DNA of 64,000 nt from Endomicrobiales bacterium. Its GTDB lineage: Bacteria > Elusimicrobiota > Endomicrobiia > Endomicrobiales > CAWCFT01. Under the pieces are notes generated by a model, which was given only the letters and a program-made list of their open reading frames with translations, was not told the DNA's origin and did not search any database. Shown piece by piece: positions 61,701 through 63,351 of this stretch. The DNA lies in NCBI GenBank assembly GCA_963794945.1, contig CAWCFT010000004.1, forward strand, positions 256,001 to 320,000. The letters are read 5' to 3'. Both the position numbers and the translations under genes were made by a program. The first letter of the stretch is position 1. Each line of letters begins with the position of its first letter.

Positions 61701-63227
61701 TGTGGTATTCGCTGATAACGCCACCTGGGTATCGCTTATGACATAGTAGGGGTAGCCTGTAGTGGAAGAACTGTAAAACATTTCCAGCTGGGAGCTCGGG
61801 TTTATATTGAACGACACCTTGGGGTTTCCGTATTTTTGGGAATCTTCATAGAAAATAGTGTTGGTCGCGCCGCCCACTGAAAAAGGGCAAACCCACGCGG
61901 ACATTCCCCAGCGGTACACTCCTGATGAAACAATGTTAGCGTAGGCGGACAGGTCGCCGTAAGAGCTGGACCCGTTGAAGTTTATGGCCGGCGGGGTTTT
62001 GTCTTCATAAAATATTGGCGCGTTGGAAACTGAAGTGGGGCATATCCACGCGGACATTCCCCAACGGTAGGAGTTGGACGAAACTATGTTCGCGTAAGAG
62101 GACAGGTCGGCGTAAGAACTAGAGCCGCTAAAATCAACGGCAGGGGTTTGCCAGAACCCAGCCCAGTTGGGCTGCGGGACGGCCTTCACATAAAGGCCAG
62201 ATCCTCCCGCGAAGCTGGTGGTCCCCATATTCTGCACAGCTGACCACGCCGATCCGGTCCATGTATAATACACCGGCAGCTTGCGCGCCGTTATTGCTTT
62301 GGAATAACCTTAGTACACCTGACTGCTGTTCATAAGCTATGTCAAAACAAATATATTGGCTGTTATTGGGGACAGTGCCGGGATAAAGGAAAGTGCTCCA
62401 AGTGTTGGCATTGGCGTTAAAAAAACTGGTGTAAATTCTTGGCTGAGTATCTACGACTGCCAGTACCATGTTAGTACAGCTTTGAAGAAGCGGGCTGCTC
62501 TCATCCTTAGATATCTGATAGTGTTGTTAGAGTTGTCTCCAAAGCTCTGCGGAGCGCCTGATGTGTCCACCCAACCCGGTGTATTGCCGTTGGTAGTGTT
62601 GCCGTTGTACCGCCAATACAGCAGGTTTGAGCTTCCTGTTGCCGGAGTGTTTGGGTTAAGGGCGACCACTACCGCCAGGTTTGACGAGTAAGCTATATCA
62701 AATGGCCGGTAGGTGCCTCTTACGTAGTCGCTGCCGGTGTTAAGGTCGCCGTCAGTCATTTGTGGGTTTGACTCTGACTGCCCGGTGCCGAGAAGCGTCT
62801 GTTCCGCTCCCCAGACGCCATTGGAATAGACCTGCGCGACAAGCCTGCCCTGGGTATCCAGGCAAACCATCACCTTTTCGCCGGCTCTTGAAGGGTCAAT
62901 GCTCGTTATCCATGAAGGGGCGACTTTCACAACCACCCACAAGAATGGGCCCTTCTGGTTTATTGTATCCTTGGCGGTGCCTTGCGCCGATTGTTCACCA
63001 CCCCAAGTCGTGCCGTTGGTGTTTATTTGCCTGAACGCCGGGGTATCTTCGCTGCCGGAGTAAACAAAAACACCCTGGGTAGTTCCGGCGTTCGCGTCTT
63101 TTAATTGAACATTAAACGAGATAGCAATAAGCAAAACCGCGCCAAGCAGGGAAATGGTTTTCAGCCATCCCTTTAAGAACGGTTTAAATGGTTTATTAAG
63201 ATGATAGGACCAGCGAGACGGTTCCAT
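1778..63227 (-). CDS. Giant multi-domain secreted surface protein (adhesin-like), about 20,400-20,500 aa; broken into >40 ORF pieces in this sequence
   Basis: One signal peptide at the 5' end and one sorting-type domain at the 3' end; no intergenic spacers seen in between. Consensus repeats continue across 1-bp indels: near 4775 (VNP/GGNVVHTVLP), 6925 (YIVY/RTADGA), 11385 (NAAS/AVRLQLLLPG), 11935 (NVL/TTNPN), 38260 (SAGT/NWAYNITYP). Confidence 0.82.
2110..2485 (-). other. Fibronectin type III-like domain
   Basis: APAAPTSV...YQVVWTP...SGVSLYEIQE...YYYRIRAQNNAGTWGPWS. Confidence 0.7.
3070..7890 (-). repeat. Class C protein repeats, 8 units of about 170-240 aa, with DxDxDG-like loops
   Basis: Recurring QG..N..M..L...W....V...G...D.D...VK(I/L)(W/Y).D..G....D..IS.G...YF..YDI...A..G..LG; loops DANGDGMFEGD, DLDGDGNF, DTDNSGTLSAGD, DGNNNSILD. 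Confidence 0.7.
4762..6934 (-). CDS. Giant-gene fragments (ORFs 4762-6333 and 6179-6934): class C repeats with inserted phage-tail-like modules
   Basis: Overlapping ORFs in different frames with a continuous repeat consensus. Confidence 0.65.
6915..11273 (-). CDS. Giant-gene fragment: last class B repeats, invasin-like Ig domains, first class C repeats
   Basis: 1452-aa ORF with YDGFGNP, QDQFGNP, QDAYSNP, QDFWSN and RDLYGN motifs (DxxGN/SN, invasin-type Ig pattern). Confidence 0.7.
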   Translation of the reverse strand: MNLVDQFYNVNSVAVQPNVNITSDDQYGTMPAMSSLVSGRNTFTLTLITAATSHIVTATNPGHTYLGDTSAQFTLAPSTPSQLQVLVPGETAVPGLPPYNGTGGKSGTPLVKVAGDPSGMQITVNLTDIYYNRITNIDMPSFGVNSWDSAATNGILAKTLNNQGTAIQIVNPQVASSTWTVTAFDTALVYSSNTSSNVRIWPAAVYYFTLNYATNPVVAGTGFDVLVKAYDQYRNFVSTGPSWDSYVAGSHYIQFLANNFPAPRTPTVPLNYYFVENDFGQHNFVKGIVMRKADDVTYPMQWFKCFDASYGGLYTSIASDRAGYASLSFITINPGSFYKISVSTDPANPSTPTGGMLVPAGSPSNPGNVSLAGQMVDPFNNGILSSGVTVYFNVADSSGNLASVQDTSGKIWVSTTTDANGSVGVYPSFYVYVSTHAGDYSRIWIGTFTAPGNVSSYIEPNYINISGRFITTGGDPYCFGFQNMPTNLTAGKQTPSIQVYRYDGFGNPTEQGQDQVTLFSESLSPNKAFYNSYDNPLSGNQLVIQPGDAFESFYYYDDMSSYPIGENDRPGAWILHAQGDLIEALGSLIVDPNVTTHLDFSNTQSTQVANTVYDNFGVTRALELQPQDQFGNPTISTTTSLFASLSTVRLQSPTTDYWGFSLSSGTAGGTSWSEVTQVEIATNTYFVNFYYKDTRASNTYVPPGSGPTLSAVTTDMNHYSGSQVEDIIAAPIYKIAFSTPTFVQTLTAGTTTGEVPFTLQTQDAYSNPSPIVTPDTGYSGVRLGLSSNSQGARQYYTDAYGWQNTTGTILITTGTTSSAFSFVDTITGGYVLSADVHVFSSRNWQMAQLGYNVQANVPYKLAFINPGRRLIAGTTIEYYPDYTSGVSTDTRFTVQLQDFWSNRSTVTAGALNINVLAASPPLQSGAQASSDNNTYYPVDPNQTPLNIATLTPGQAEASFYFKSNIVGTVPVTAWINGLQTGVQITTITPNTAQRFSFEHPYSISSPLPVLSYGPVTVQARDLYGNAACGDPINGNYYNGKVLFWNSGSTTTANMLIAGVSTNTFTFSQTPNTNQPVPGELITLQVMDTKQETIRLGATDYVNSNIYGYTSDQRDLSNSGDVVTVGIVMTPQDFAPESNNPAKQNIGIATSLYQGDGTTPSRPGPVPMIRMQLQINPVNALVLSSATWIALTVNKTYIAGTSLGYDSIAEVDLYRDANGDGMFEGDTVLGNYGSATDEFLSSGTFVDNTQNTCTLIIPLDAAHIQQITQSLQTYFICVRLTSTATKNATLQLTLPIGAVTPVGVAKLAVNNFPFSSFSSTVQTEPPSVYLAVKDIASWYDPDGVSGPLPLAQYPTIQQGNPATGMMKIGLWTPEYNAIWTGVDVIMTGTAGDNDVVSCMLYSDDGTGIFKFGGGSLPISPPSVFNTGIAHITLNTPALIAQATQYFYIVYQNG
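10670..22370 (-). repeat. Class B protein repeats, about 33-35 units of about 110-120 aa (predicted beta-sandwich)
   Basis: Consensus A.KLQVLLPGET..PG...GK.GTP..QTAG.PF.VTV..(C/V)D.YWN.V.....V.LTTTDPY...P....L..GT..F...L.TA....ITA. Nine units counted in ORF 11922-14951; total extrapolated from length. Confidence 0.85.
11922..14951 (-). CDS. Giant-gene fragment, class B repeats
   Basis: 1009-aa ORF of tandem class B units, frameshifted at both ends. Confidence 0.7.
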   Translation of the reverse strand: MLLPNQTPVSNTIYGRTGIPNTQTAGVQFPVTVNCTDPFWNVNPNANPLVSLRSNDTYDIEPATASLTAGTGVFQMTQFTANTSHLLTAIDADASPLYASNVSSTFTVTAAAPYQVHLIVPGQSFVPGKPPYDGTGGKSGTPQNQVAGTPFYITVMGTDQYYNLRNDMSGLVSISDTDLYGPAVTNKPLAGGETTFYMQLVTYSSQTIIASYSGVAPSTSSIVYVQPGAPNQLLILAPGEVAQPGNHTSRGRTVATPSGQTAGVPFNVTVDACDFYYNPTTATPNVTVTTIDPYASQPAPASLINGTTTFALDLVTLGVCSASATATSYNYDYTGNINVKSGNLARMQILLPGETGVPGKFNVQPFGKTGTVTAQTAGVSFNVTVNLVDSWWNLTSSTLIVTMTDISDPNDVNNNTSYGVSGTSITIPWYFNTANGYRQLTGQSTGLPIAYSSYVWVNAGSAIKLITLVPGETYNPGSATGKSGSPTNRIAGLPFQTTVYGCDALWNRVPGETSLVQLVTSDNYDDVATGGSQTATLDATGTSIFTNTLFTATTQTITATGLQNPVTNPYLGHPMTQYTSTQFTVVSSDAVKLQVLLPGENYDPGRPPYTSSGGGGKNSTASVQTAGVPFNVTARAVDPYWNTVSANVSQVHIYTQDPYDVEPATAPLVGGVCAFVVDMITNSTWTISAVDTAGILTTCVSSPVYVNYNIPTKLQVILPGETAVPGYANGKTGSVLQQIADDAFNVTVNLTDNYWNRVIVTTAMPSVTLGSTDLYWSTPTARTLVSGTVVFSGAYAADLVTAATQTITASGGGYVTGVSSPVCVNPNAPTQLIVIVPGETQVNGRNIVPVGRGGTPVTQQVGQSFVVTAYAVDRVFNLTPSVNDTISFVTSDPYDLDPGNILMTGGVATATCQLHTAQPTTVSGADAGLNLPENLGGPYNSSVINVIPGVAKKLQVLVPGETALPGFGKTGSPGSVYAGTSFTSTINVCDDYWNLTSTSPIINVLDNKP
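20002..24399 (-). CDS. Giant-gene fragment spanning the class A to class B transition
   Basis: 1465-aa ORF holds both repeat types in one frame, so the two arrays belong to one polypeptide. Confidence 0.75.
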   Translation of the reverse strand: MMRPATLKSRFIQNFAAGSIWRCDQIVPTIANVLPAPSLIDPPNQFYNAVSLPIISGTANESYPLSQVQIRVWDGVASRYWKSSINNWDDFSPSPLTANTAWFSYPAMNASSTWSVWQATFTVWTSGYKYEVDSRVQDAAGNYSTVNSTSIFRYDTTPPQSYVFLPQNGQYISSLTNISGTSLDLPITVGQSGPSGLTIMQIAIMNLQTGKWWSSTAFDQGTISPLTPTGLSNWTYNGLGSNSLQSGTSYFITSRAWDAAGNIENWYSVRGATFTFDNIGPVSQILNPQNNGAYTSLSTISGTSWDATSGVNSVNISLQDLSGGTSKYWTDNGLGSVGWQTNINQYWITISSVAPGGVTVNWQYFQPLLNSNLNDGHYYQVMAQGFDNINNPQAIISSSTFIYDITKPTACVTEAIMPVSGQVVTPMANQYIQNIQYIGGTAADNGCAVNNSGLQASGVQYVIILESTSYETGSPVPLYDYVWNGSTWTVLPSADISPYWLTATGGTNWDSQDMTNKWYSGRWYIVKARATDKAGNVQDDTLEPWTSFSVSLPAQSFLVSLVNTQNPNAGDPVSVQVEAVDQNGDPARNYQGDIRFSVDGPITSPGGPEYVYTAGDTQGWLPNDYQFTTLDQGVKIFNINYSSRTLKLVKDGSRTIFVTDINNNSVSGQKVVSVNTTAPTELRVLSPGVSRAPGVVGGITGGPQTRTAGISFNATVDACDNYWNVVPSTSTTVKLTTTDQYATPAQISKNLTDSSGLPQGTTVYAVTLVTRGNWSLTAQDMAGPLTQSTLANVPVQSAAANRLLMLVPGEAGVYGKPPYTSQVGGKNTTVTAQQVAGVPFTVTVSACDYYWNKVDTYAGNIAAVTSDNFSIVPSTQVLTNGTTTFNITLVTSATSYVSASVYQGTALSSATSDGIYVGPTTAAKLQLLVPGETACPGKANQPETNLFGTSQTWGKLNTPSQMTVGTSYYVTVNLVDRFYNVVSTVTMPVAKITTSDPNETSGNNYFSYLPPEAQLVGGTKTFPVTMVTAGNRTVNVIDDGGTGYLGDTSPGITLNPSTITQLRLLVDGEHAAPGTFTGKDSGTPNQQTAGVAFASVEIDACDNYWNTNTIGSRQIALLTTDPYAASWGFIPGPVGLINGTKNFANTVKLTTLGSWNLTAIDNEGPVVWSSQTVAGINVVQNTPTQLQLVLPGETIEGGSVNGKLVTPSPQQAGSPFTVTVCLTDAYWNKVLLSAPTVQLTLTDQYGRVNNQQVSTPVQEQLIAGQNTLNVTLYNATTQYITVNDVDGSNYTSTQTVTFPVSPRNPSKLLVLNPGETYVPAKYNVAPYGKSGTVTNQTAGVPFVVTVYSCDAYWNISSTNVYCWLGTQDSNDPYATFSPSTATLVNVSTFTVTLMRAQGTFIMTNHNTDSSLADYIFNTNSNAPITVQTGTASKFQVLVPNETAVPGSSTGKSGASLFSRPRAMIL
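24796..27960 (-). CDS. Giant-gene fragment, class A Ig-like repeats
   Basis: 1054-aa ORF of class A units. Confidence 0.7.
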   Translation of the reverse strand: MVSLIWVLSQNSYWTGSAWGSPGQVYFRPVNGTTTWTYPKGPDTITNAFINGATYQIAPWEIDGAGNASTGTITTFVYDNVAPTSTITLPLNSVYYRNLPNISGTAFDDTSGVNITGIYIYDNTLGEYYGWTGSAWDFSASIGENNKWLVTQGTPTNWQYSGYASKMQDGHSYTIVSKSTDNAFPQNVETVYSVGKNTVTFVYDIDFPTATVTLPNVQFASIVPLISGTANDTLSGIGSVQIAIQDIGQGTTWYNGAGGWVSQGTQYWIQATTAAGNPPTWSYDATSVPWAEPKQYTIYARAKDNAVDATIANNPNVQVILSSTSVMFDVEAPTVAVTYPNYGGSNLINFIPVITGTAYDWPAGVANQNVFVAILETNHGECWWNPASSTFNYKGASPVYSTATVSGSGPTYTWSWQCPPLQNGYQYMVQAIATDRAGNQENPATIIPANRLYFTYENTAPMAGITLPNRAWENSLPTISGTASDPYGIASVKVAYEQNPPGGLWWDGNSGFTSNSPQFFTAQGTTLWTHSQSNSPNSPTWVNNTQYLVRAFAYNVALTSSAYTEATFSYDNITPTSTVTYPAQGSYLSSIARISGNQYDTYSGVQNVNLRLQEKNVGSGTVLRSWYGSQGWQNTNVSSWVVVDALYQSTWSYTTAVASLTFTSGNRYDATSLAWNVAGSSEAASDVPAFDTWFIYDNTNPDSRVSVPSNSLYYSNLTNITGTAEDNPPEPSGAGVAQEALAIEDLSVAGPNNWWNGAGAFTAPPASMWQVATGSTSWAYSFVNTNFTDGHRYLMLSQATDKSYPAMVENTYTVGVNSVTFVCDKSSPTSTVAYPPNGLITNTVPVISGTSVDPLVSGNASGIQMTQIAIQNNTSGLWWNGAGFTQSQSTPNFITVSYQLTPANTYWNYTNAGLVNALATQTTYTIFSCAYDNAYNNASLIGNYQTNYSSTSFVYTITNPTSNIVGISAAMNALSTISGTAVDNFGISNVGVLIQDVTQGTTYWNGTSWQNTVPVSWPKSTLGNRVLDIRFNTQLGRCPSILSLVAGQRYCRQR
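27986..31612 (-). CDS. Giant-gene fragment, class A Ig-like repeats
   Basis: 1208-aa ORF; the first ~75 aa are off-frame, then class A units follow. Confidence 0.7.
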   Translation of the reverse strand: MERNRLATERFYLDNHAEPDSWRHVVVLQFRQCVQLGFRANLLHELFSGKHSPERRNQFFNNNFPDRYAASATRLNVPQGGVIYRSLPQITGTATDDFTGVKDVQVQIQNLNTGNYWKGGSWASGTGTDWFDYTGGNPVTYAGAIISTWTYGNPPTLFTQTESGYNFMVLSRGIDNAINTGQTFSVGVTSIAFAYDVTAPTSTVNYPVNAGNYSALLTISGTANDVAPFANAVMSGVGSVKISINDIASGTTYWNDTSRSWTNSTFWNSTVYNSSTWTFTFSNPSLLPWQTGKQYLIRSKAIDQAVPGGNDQDTQYPQGGYVITYDTNPPLVQIGAPQNNGFYGPASSALVAITGTAVDLPALPLICADINNIQLQIYNGSKYWSGSSWVVQSTWVPTQYSAGFWQYPGSLGGQAIPVWQDQTQYSITAQAMDNAGNNSSPLAYTITYDSTPPVSVISYPSTRYTNVNIATISGTTTDPNPINSKPNQTFLSLQLQGGSWWSWGAQSFSLSNASWTVVNGGNSSQSGWTQSWNLPSWQTDNTYVIYSSATDRAGNQQVVVSSFVFSYDITKPTATVTTPASFGYYSTMAAIAGTTFDATSGVQTARINIKSGTSYWNGSSGWDITGAIDWLVVSGTANWNYTNVPSWVSGTTYYITPWTLDFAGNDSTGNVMGFVFDNTAPASYISPLPVNGRYYSSLPTISGTSIDPLGTGGSASGVNKTQVSIYSWSKNAYWDGLGSFGNASQTPLPTFGTATNWQYSIGSSYLVDGTSYTVQSQATDNAQPANVESIYTAGQNQNLFIYDVSNPTSVVTCPLDGSNDISLATISGTQMDIAPAAGRLASGVGQVMVSIQDLTYPTTYWNGSSWQNSAEYFNPTNVYQSSWTYSSVPAWQTGRRYKIRSRAYDNAYPTPNDQYNSYPQGGYTILFDTIPPTVSVVQPQNQGYYGPNNTLPTLSGQVQDYPSLPWAKSGVKNVVVNIQQVGGNWWNGTSFGVSTTTWRATQLQGSADPYTWLYPGNTGDNTPTWADNTQYTVTAAALDNAGNFSMLVISTFTWDRTAPTSLIQLPSRTYYKSGSLSVLSGTASDGANVNRSGLLNVGVAIQQNPAGGGNWWSWGAQSFSLSAASYTLTNAGTLANWQQTWNLPPWNNFDGQTFKVCAMAEDNALNFQTPVSSSAFTYDISNPTGVVTLPAPGITYYSSLQNNFRYGI
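32681..37396 (-). CDS. Giant-gene fragment, class A Ig-like repeats
   Basis: 1571-aa ORF, in the same frame as 37415-38227 across one TGA. Confidence 0.7.
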   Translation of the reverse strand: MIQPVAQDARSTALATVTGTATDGTGVGVGYVELRIQRSDGNWYDWGGGWTGNAGSWQPTTYGSGQWTQNVSALPWTEGFAYYINSRAQDLVQVPGPNYEASFTTHTYIFDYTAPIAQTIIPGNISWQGALPFISGTANDPTTVAGGVPSDVKKVELSIQRLSDNLYWDGSTGFNQPGIIWSTATLTSIAFSSYSWTYNNINNNYWINNTSYTVGIKATDNVGNVAWGTTNYFVFDTTPPVCGVVVPNGVLPSYPQVNLMPMISGTASDYGLGQISSVQIQIKNVDDSNFWNPGSPGSWGGATWINTTFNQATGVWTFSTTSPAVTWKPYLSASYEIKARAIDMAGNICAVMPVGSFMLVPPRPQSAITTVTNGSFYKQITSLGGTASQAGSGIAQTMIEYVRIQRQSNGLYYTQFSTNTTNYWVAQSTWMVASITLPDWTYDLTTTQFVHDSSYTVSVCAESNESILEWNPPPWGTDTTPSAPNSLVTFWIDNQPPVLGVGVPATVYTNSLPVITGTCQDIPSGPNNISVSIQRADNYYWSVAGSSWTITQVWNSTTSFSGGIWQLAISTNPWRDGTSYTLQVRAYDNVIPTPNSTLLPGQGFIYDISCPTATLTYPAQNSIMSSVSSISGGCSDTPPGQLQNVQILIQRCDGNDWRYWKDLVSDQGWKLSPVWNNVTSFTASSWTWTTPGTLQLENNATYYVTVSALDMAGNQQTSFAVGISSYYFRTDLQPPAVTVTFPTNNLNFSPSGSFNFTGNITDNLAGGTTVNLQLSKLDTGVTYYWTGAAWSVNVSSFNAEELGTGSLNRIWSEPFNNWASDKQYTIKARGYDAALPVANLGDFNSGNIFTFVIDTTPPNSYISAPQNNSMIPALSAITGTAIGDLAGIQSVSVSIQRIAGTYSDGNYWNNEISNWVSISTWCPTIVPQGTGPQTWSYTVPAGLLINGNKYQIISRALDRALNYDVVLSTITFLYDQSAPVTVITVPSGIYYGPQSALNTISGTAADYPISPSLNSGLSQVFLRIQRSGDNYYWNNNAWVANSSTWSVVSGTSSWTYNGLAWDDGRIYNLNSCAVDFAGNLSAWTTSTFRWDSTSPLTGIVSPAGNWVSNLPYVSGTAYDAPSLYGNKSGLQQVSVAFQQFDSQQWFEPGQGFNQGTTYWITASNYVAEDSTVTWTVPNSSTPTWANGKTYTMLVMATDMSNNQSVINSTVFTFDQTLPTIAITMPNQTAESTLPIISGTASDVVGSNPGSINYVQMRVYDESLTEWYSRVDDKFEIAANAPETAWYLATNTSTWTVWYSTFTQWVPGRYYDIDARVLDQAGNWCAVYSTKTFLCDTLPPTVVVTKPAAGQYWSALGTISGTAQDMPFPGNYSGTGFIKIAVRSNTTGLWFDGGGFNLGTPPTNFSVGSGDGPWGYYNSTLGGLLQSGASYYITNQASDIAGNTDNWYNVGGSTFVYDNTPPNAQITIPNSSGGFYSSLATISGTAADVVPAPSRPLVSGVKTVQFTVQDVTAGVPQQNLYWQNPGGGWSTSSPSTWTALTAEQFRGLVFYKCHQCPVDAGTQLCCDRVGDG
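38229..43448 (-). CDS. Giant-gene fragment, class A Ig-like repeats (longest intact piece)
   Basis: 1739-aa ORF of class A units. Confidence 0.72.
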   Translation of the reverse strand: MASSSWSASQTWNTSALSGGNWQIVLLSTCAAVAWSNNQSYLIQSRAMDNALPSGNMEGLGSGNAGVNVTYDITPPTSSIVSPINNTAYNSLNTITGTVQDLAGLRTEIQIFDLGGQSASLGYYNGAGDWQSTAIWLSTENASGFTMTPTNWNYVPNPVISWKSGNKYLVVSRSRDAAGNLQNQFAAGTSSNTFVFDTQPPVSALTVPSSNITKTLADISGTSSDATQANYAGISAVAARINITVQDLTYPNTYWQGAAWGVGVSTFHPSGINAIAGPAVSWYRTGVGWISDRQYSISYWAQDDLGNTSNVSSYSVIYDTTPPTSGIIYPANLTKFNYAPTISGTANAFLSGLAEVDVQISSWTGAGWYTVTSWSPSSVSITGSTWTYSGFGTLNSGTTYQVQARALDLAGNYDTILSTVDFIYSTQAPQTGIGVPVSGGFYGPANTLTSITGTATDPFGVSTVYLQIQRSGDNKYWDGNTSWVAGSSWIVTTYSINWSYSNLNLQDGYIYTLNSKALDLAGNLSGWTTTTFTYDSTLPQVVLQQPTTSYLNSLPVISGTAFEPAGTVSTNRSGLSKVEVAIEYNPDGNGNWWNPGTHNFDIGNANSAWFNVTGNLAGVNGPVTWSVPSASTPTWVSNTKYLVKARATDRSQNISTGTVTSQSFVYDTGGSAVQITVPSLSSYPSLPTISGTASDSNSLDSVSSVFIRIYNFTVTQYWSNSNQSFTVSNANNAWFTPTNASGNWNVWVETFTWSSGNEYQIEAVAQDNSGNFSVTYSTVVFRYDNQPPNTFVTQPANGTFIRSLATISGTAGDIPPAATGTGYGGTGLSQIEVAIRDNSNQSGTPWWGGASFNQPSPQPFLYTGAKSPEPVTWTYTGLTGANLVSGTSYYATACSLDNATNQESFLIRGSTFVYDTTPAVSSITVPSSAYYSVLNTISGTAQDYPGYANGLAAGVQSVSVAICRMSDGAQWQGSGDTWSGTTYYMPTSGTNNWTLSTLPPWASGQKYRITSQSVDNALPSGNVETNGSMRYFIFDSSAPGTAIVSPIAGGYYGQLNAITGTAQDYPTAPFNSGLNSAAVRILRVSDSYEWTGSSWTSPGANWWNPASLISGNWQYTSVPQWQSGFEYTVQSMATDNIGNAQNPVTSSSFWFDNAPPNSFVTLPTENEGFNLQNPLNTISGTAYAPASGVQNVNISIRLDNPPLDSVNAGVEDQWWSVAGSSWAYGNEASYTYPVTIYNRVGETAYWYYSGISSSSYVSGNIYRIHTKAEDYVQYPGPNYETPASTRSFTVNNIPPTSNITYPVNEQYYTSLGTISGTAVAASPTSSGVTETDIQIYSANYGYWNGSNWQVSPSTWIITTSLAQANTSWQFTQVPTWISGQWYELNSRSIDSANNVENAALKSWVTVGIDTAPPNVVIITPQNNQPYMSLPVITGTALSDLSGVKNVSLVIEDLFTGQTWNKPIFQSGINWTNDVVGTTTWECTDSIPYTSGKQYLVYAKGQDNAGNITSVYTVGVNSNTFVYDREPAQTNLVMPAAGNPTYNSITTISGTSTDITAQPAGFVSGVKEEHILISYLSGGATYYWTGGNPYSQYWSSSSYPTNGLVVATSGGWSYTNSQFANSSAWTTGITYTIQAWSVDNAGNIENPPITRNFQFDNVDPTIGITMPNPGATSAYNNLAQIAGTAADAYCAVTKVELTIQDVTSGTTYYNGSSWVNNPGALWFNSGSAGTKLGLQYHLSY
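43483..53713 (-). CDS. Heavily frameshifted giant-gene segment, class A Ig-like repeats
   Basis: About a dozen overlapping ORFs (e.g. 43643-44623, 44541-46202, 48873-51335, 51510-52244, 52820-53713), each carrying parts of the ISGTA / DxAGN consensus. Confidence 0.65.
53764..58065 (-). CDS. Giant-gene fragments containing a triplicated three-domain Ig unit
   Basis: ORFs 53764-55179, 55188-57623 and 57586-58065; TTGT(P/I)D.SG.HAWT occurs three times. Confidence 0.68.
58570..63085 (-). other. N-terminal head of the giant protein: beta-propeller-like repeats
   Basis: Recurring strand motifs RPFDIAYSS, CFDIAYEQQSG, RPFDIGW, CADVAFERTTG, NFDVKFQQQ, VDIAWESQSG, alternating with W..VK..P...K.M...D..G.L.A.VW.G..W. 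Confidence 0.55.
60736..62141 (-). other. Two LamG/concanavalin A-like lectin-fold domains, one nested in the other
   Basis: A(V/I)xFxGSSSY, W.MSAW.CP, YF(V/I)AVMVD, FYVNN, KNIGA, YF.G..EEF.V(F/Y)S and GLKYGWH..D each occur twice. Confidence 0.75.
63086..63227 (-). other. Putative Sec signal peptide of the giant protein
   Basis: Basic n-region KPFKPFLKGWLK, hydrophobic ISLLGAVLLIAISF, AxA-type site ANA before GTTQ. Exact start codon uncertain; no clear RBS. Confidence 0.65.
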
Positions 63228-63302
63228 TTTGGTTTTGTCTTACCCGAATGTTTTTATCGGGTATCCACTTCATTTAAAGACTTTTATGAATGAGTTTGTC
63301 TT

Positions 63303-63332
63303 GGATTCCCGCCAGTGACTTGCGGGAATGAC
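63303..63332. repeat. REP-like palindromic element (GGATTCCCGC...GCGGGAATGAC)
   Basis: 8-bp perfect stem ATTCCCGC (63305-63312) / GCGGGAAT (63322-63329) with a 9-nt loop; resembles the ATTCCC...GGGAAT palindrome type (cf. Neisseria dRS3). Confidence 0.55.
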
Positions 63333-63351
63333 ATGCTTTTTTAAATTGTCT

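Noticed and set aside
1778..63227. CRISPR array, mobile element, DGR or NRPS/PKS as the source of the repetition
   Set aside because: The repeats are diverged protein-level units. I saw no repeat-spacer pattern, transposase, reverse transcriptase or A/C/KS domains.
1778..63227. RTX/T1SS adhesin, autotransporter, Rhs/CdiA toxin or sortase-anchored protein
   Set aside because: I found no GGxGxD nonapeptides, C-terminal beta-barrel, Rhs core signature (the YD here is an Ig linker), VENN motif or LPXTG.
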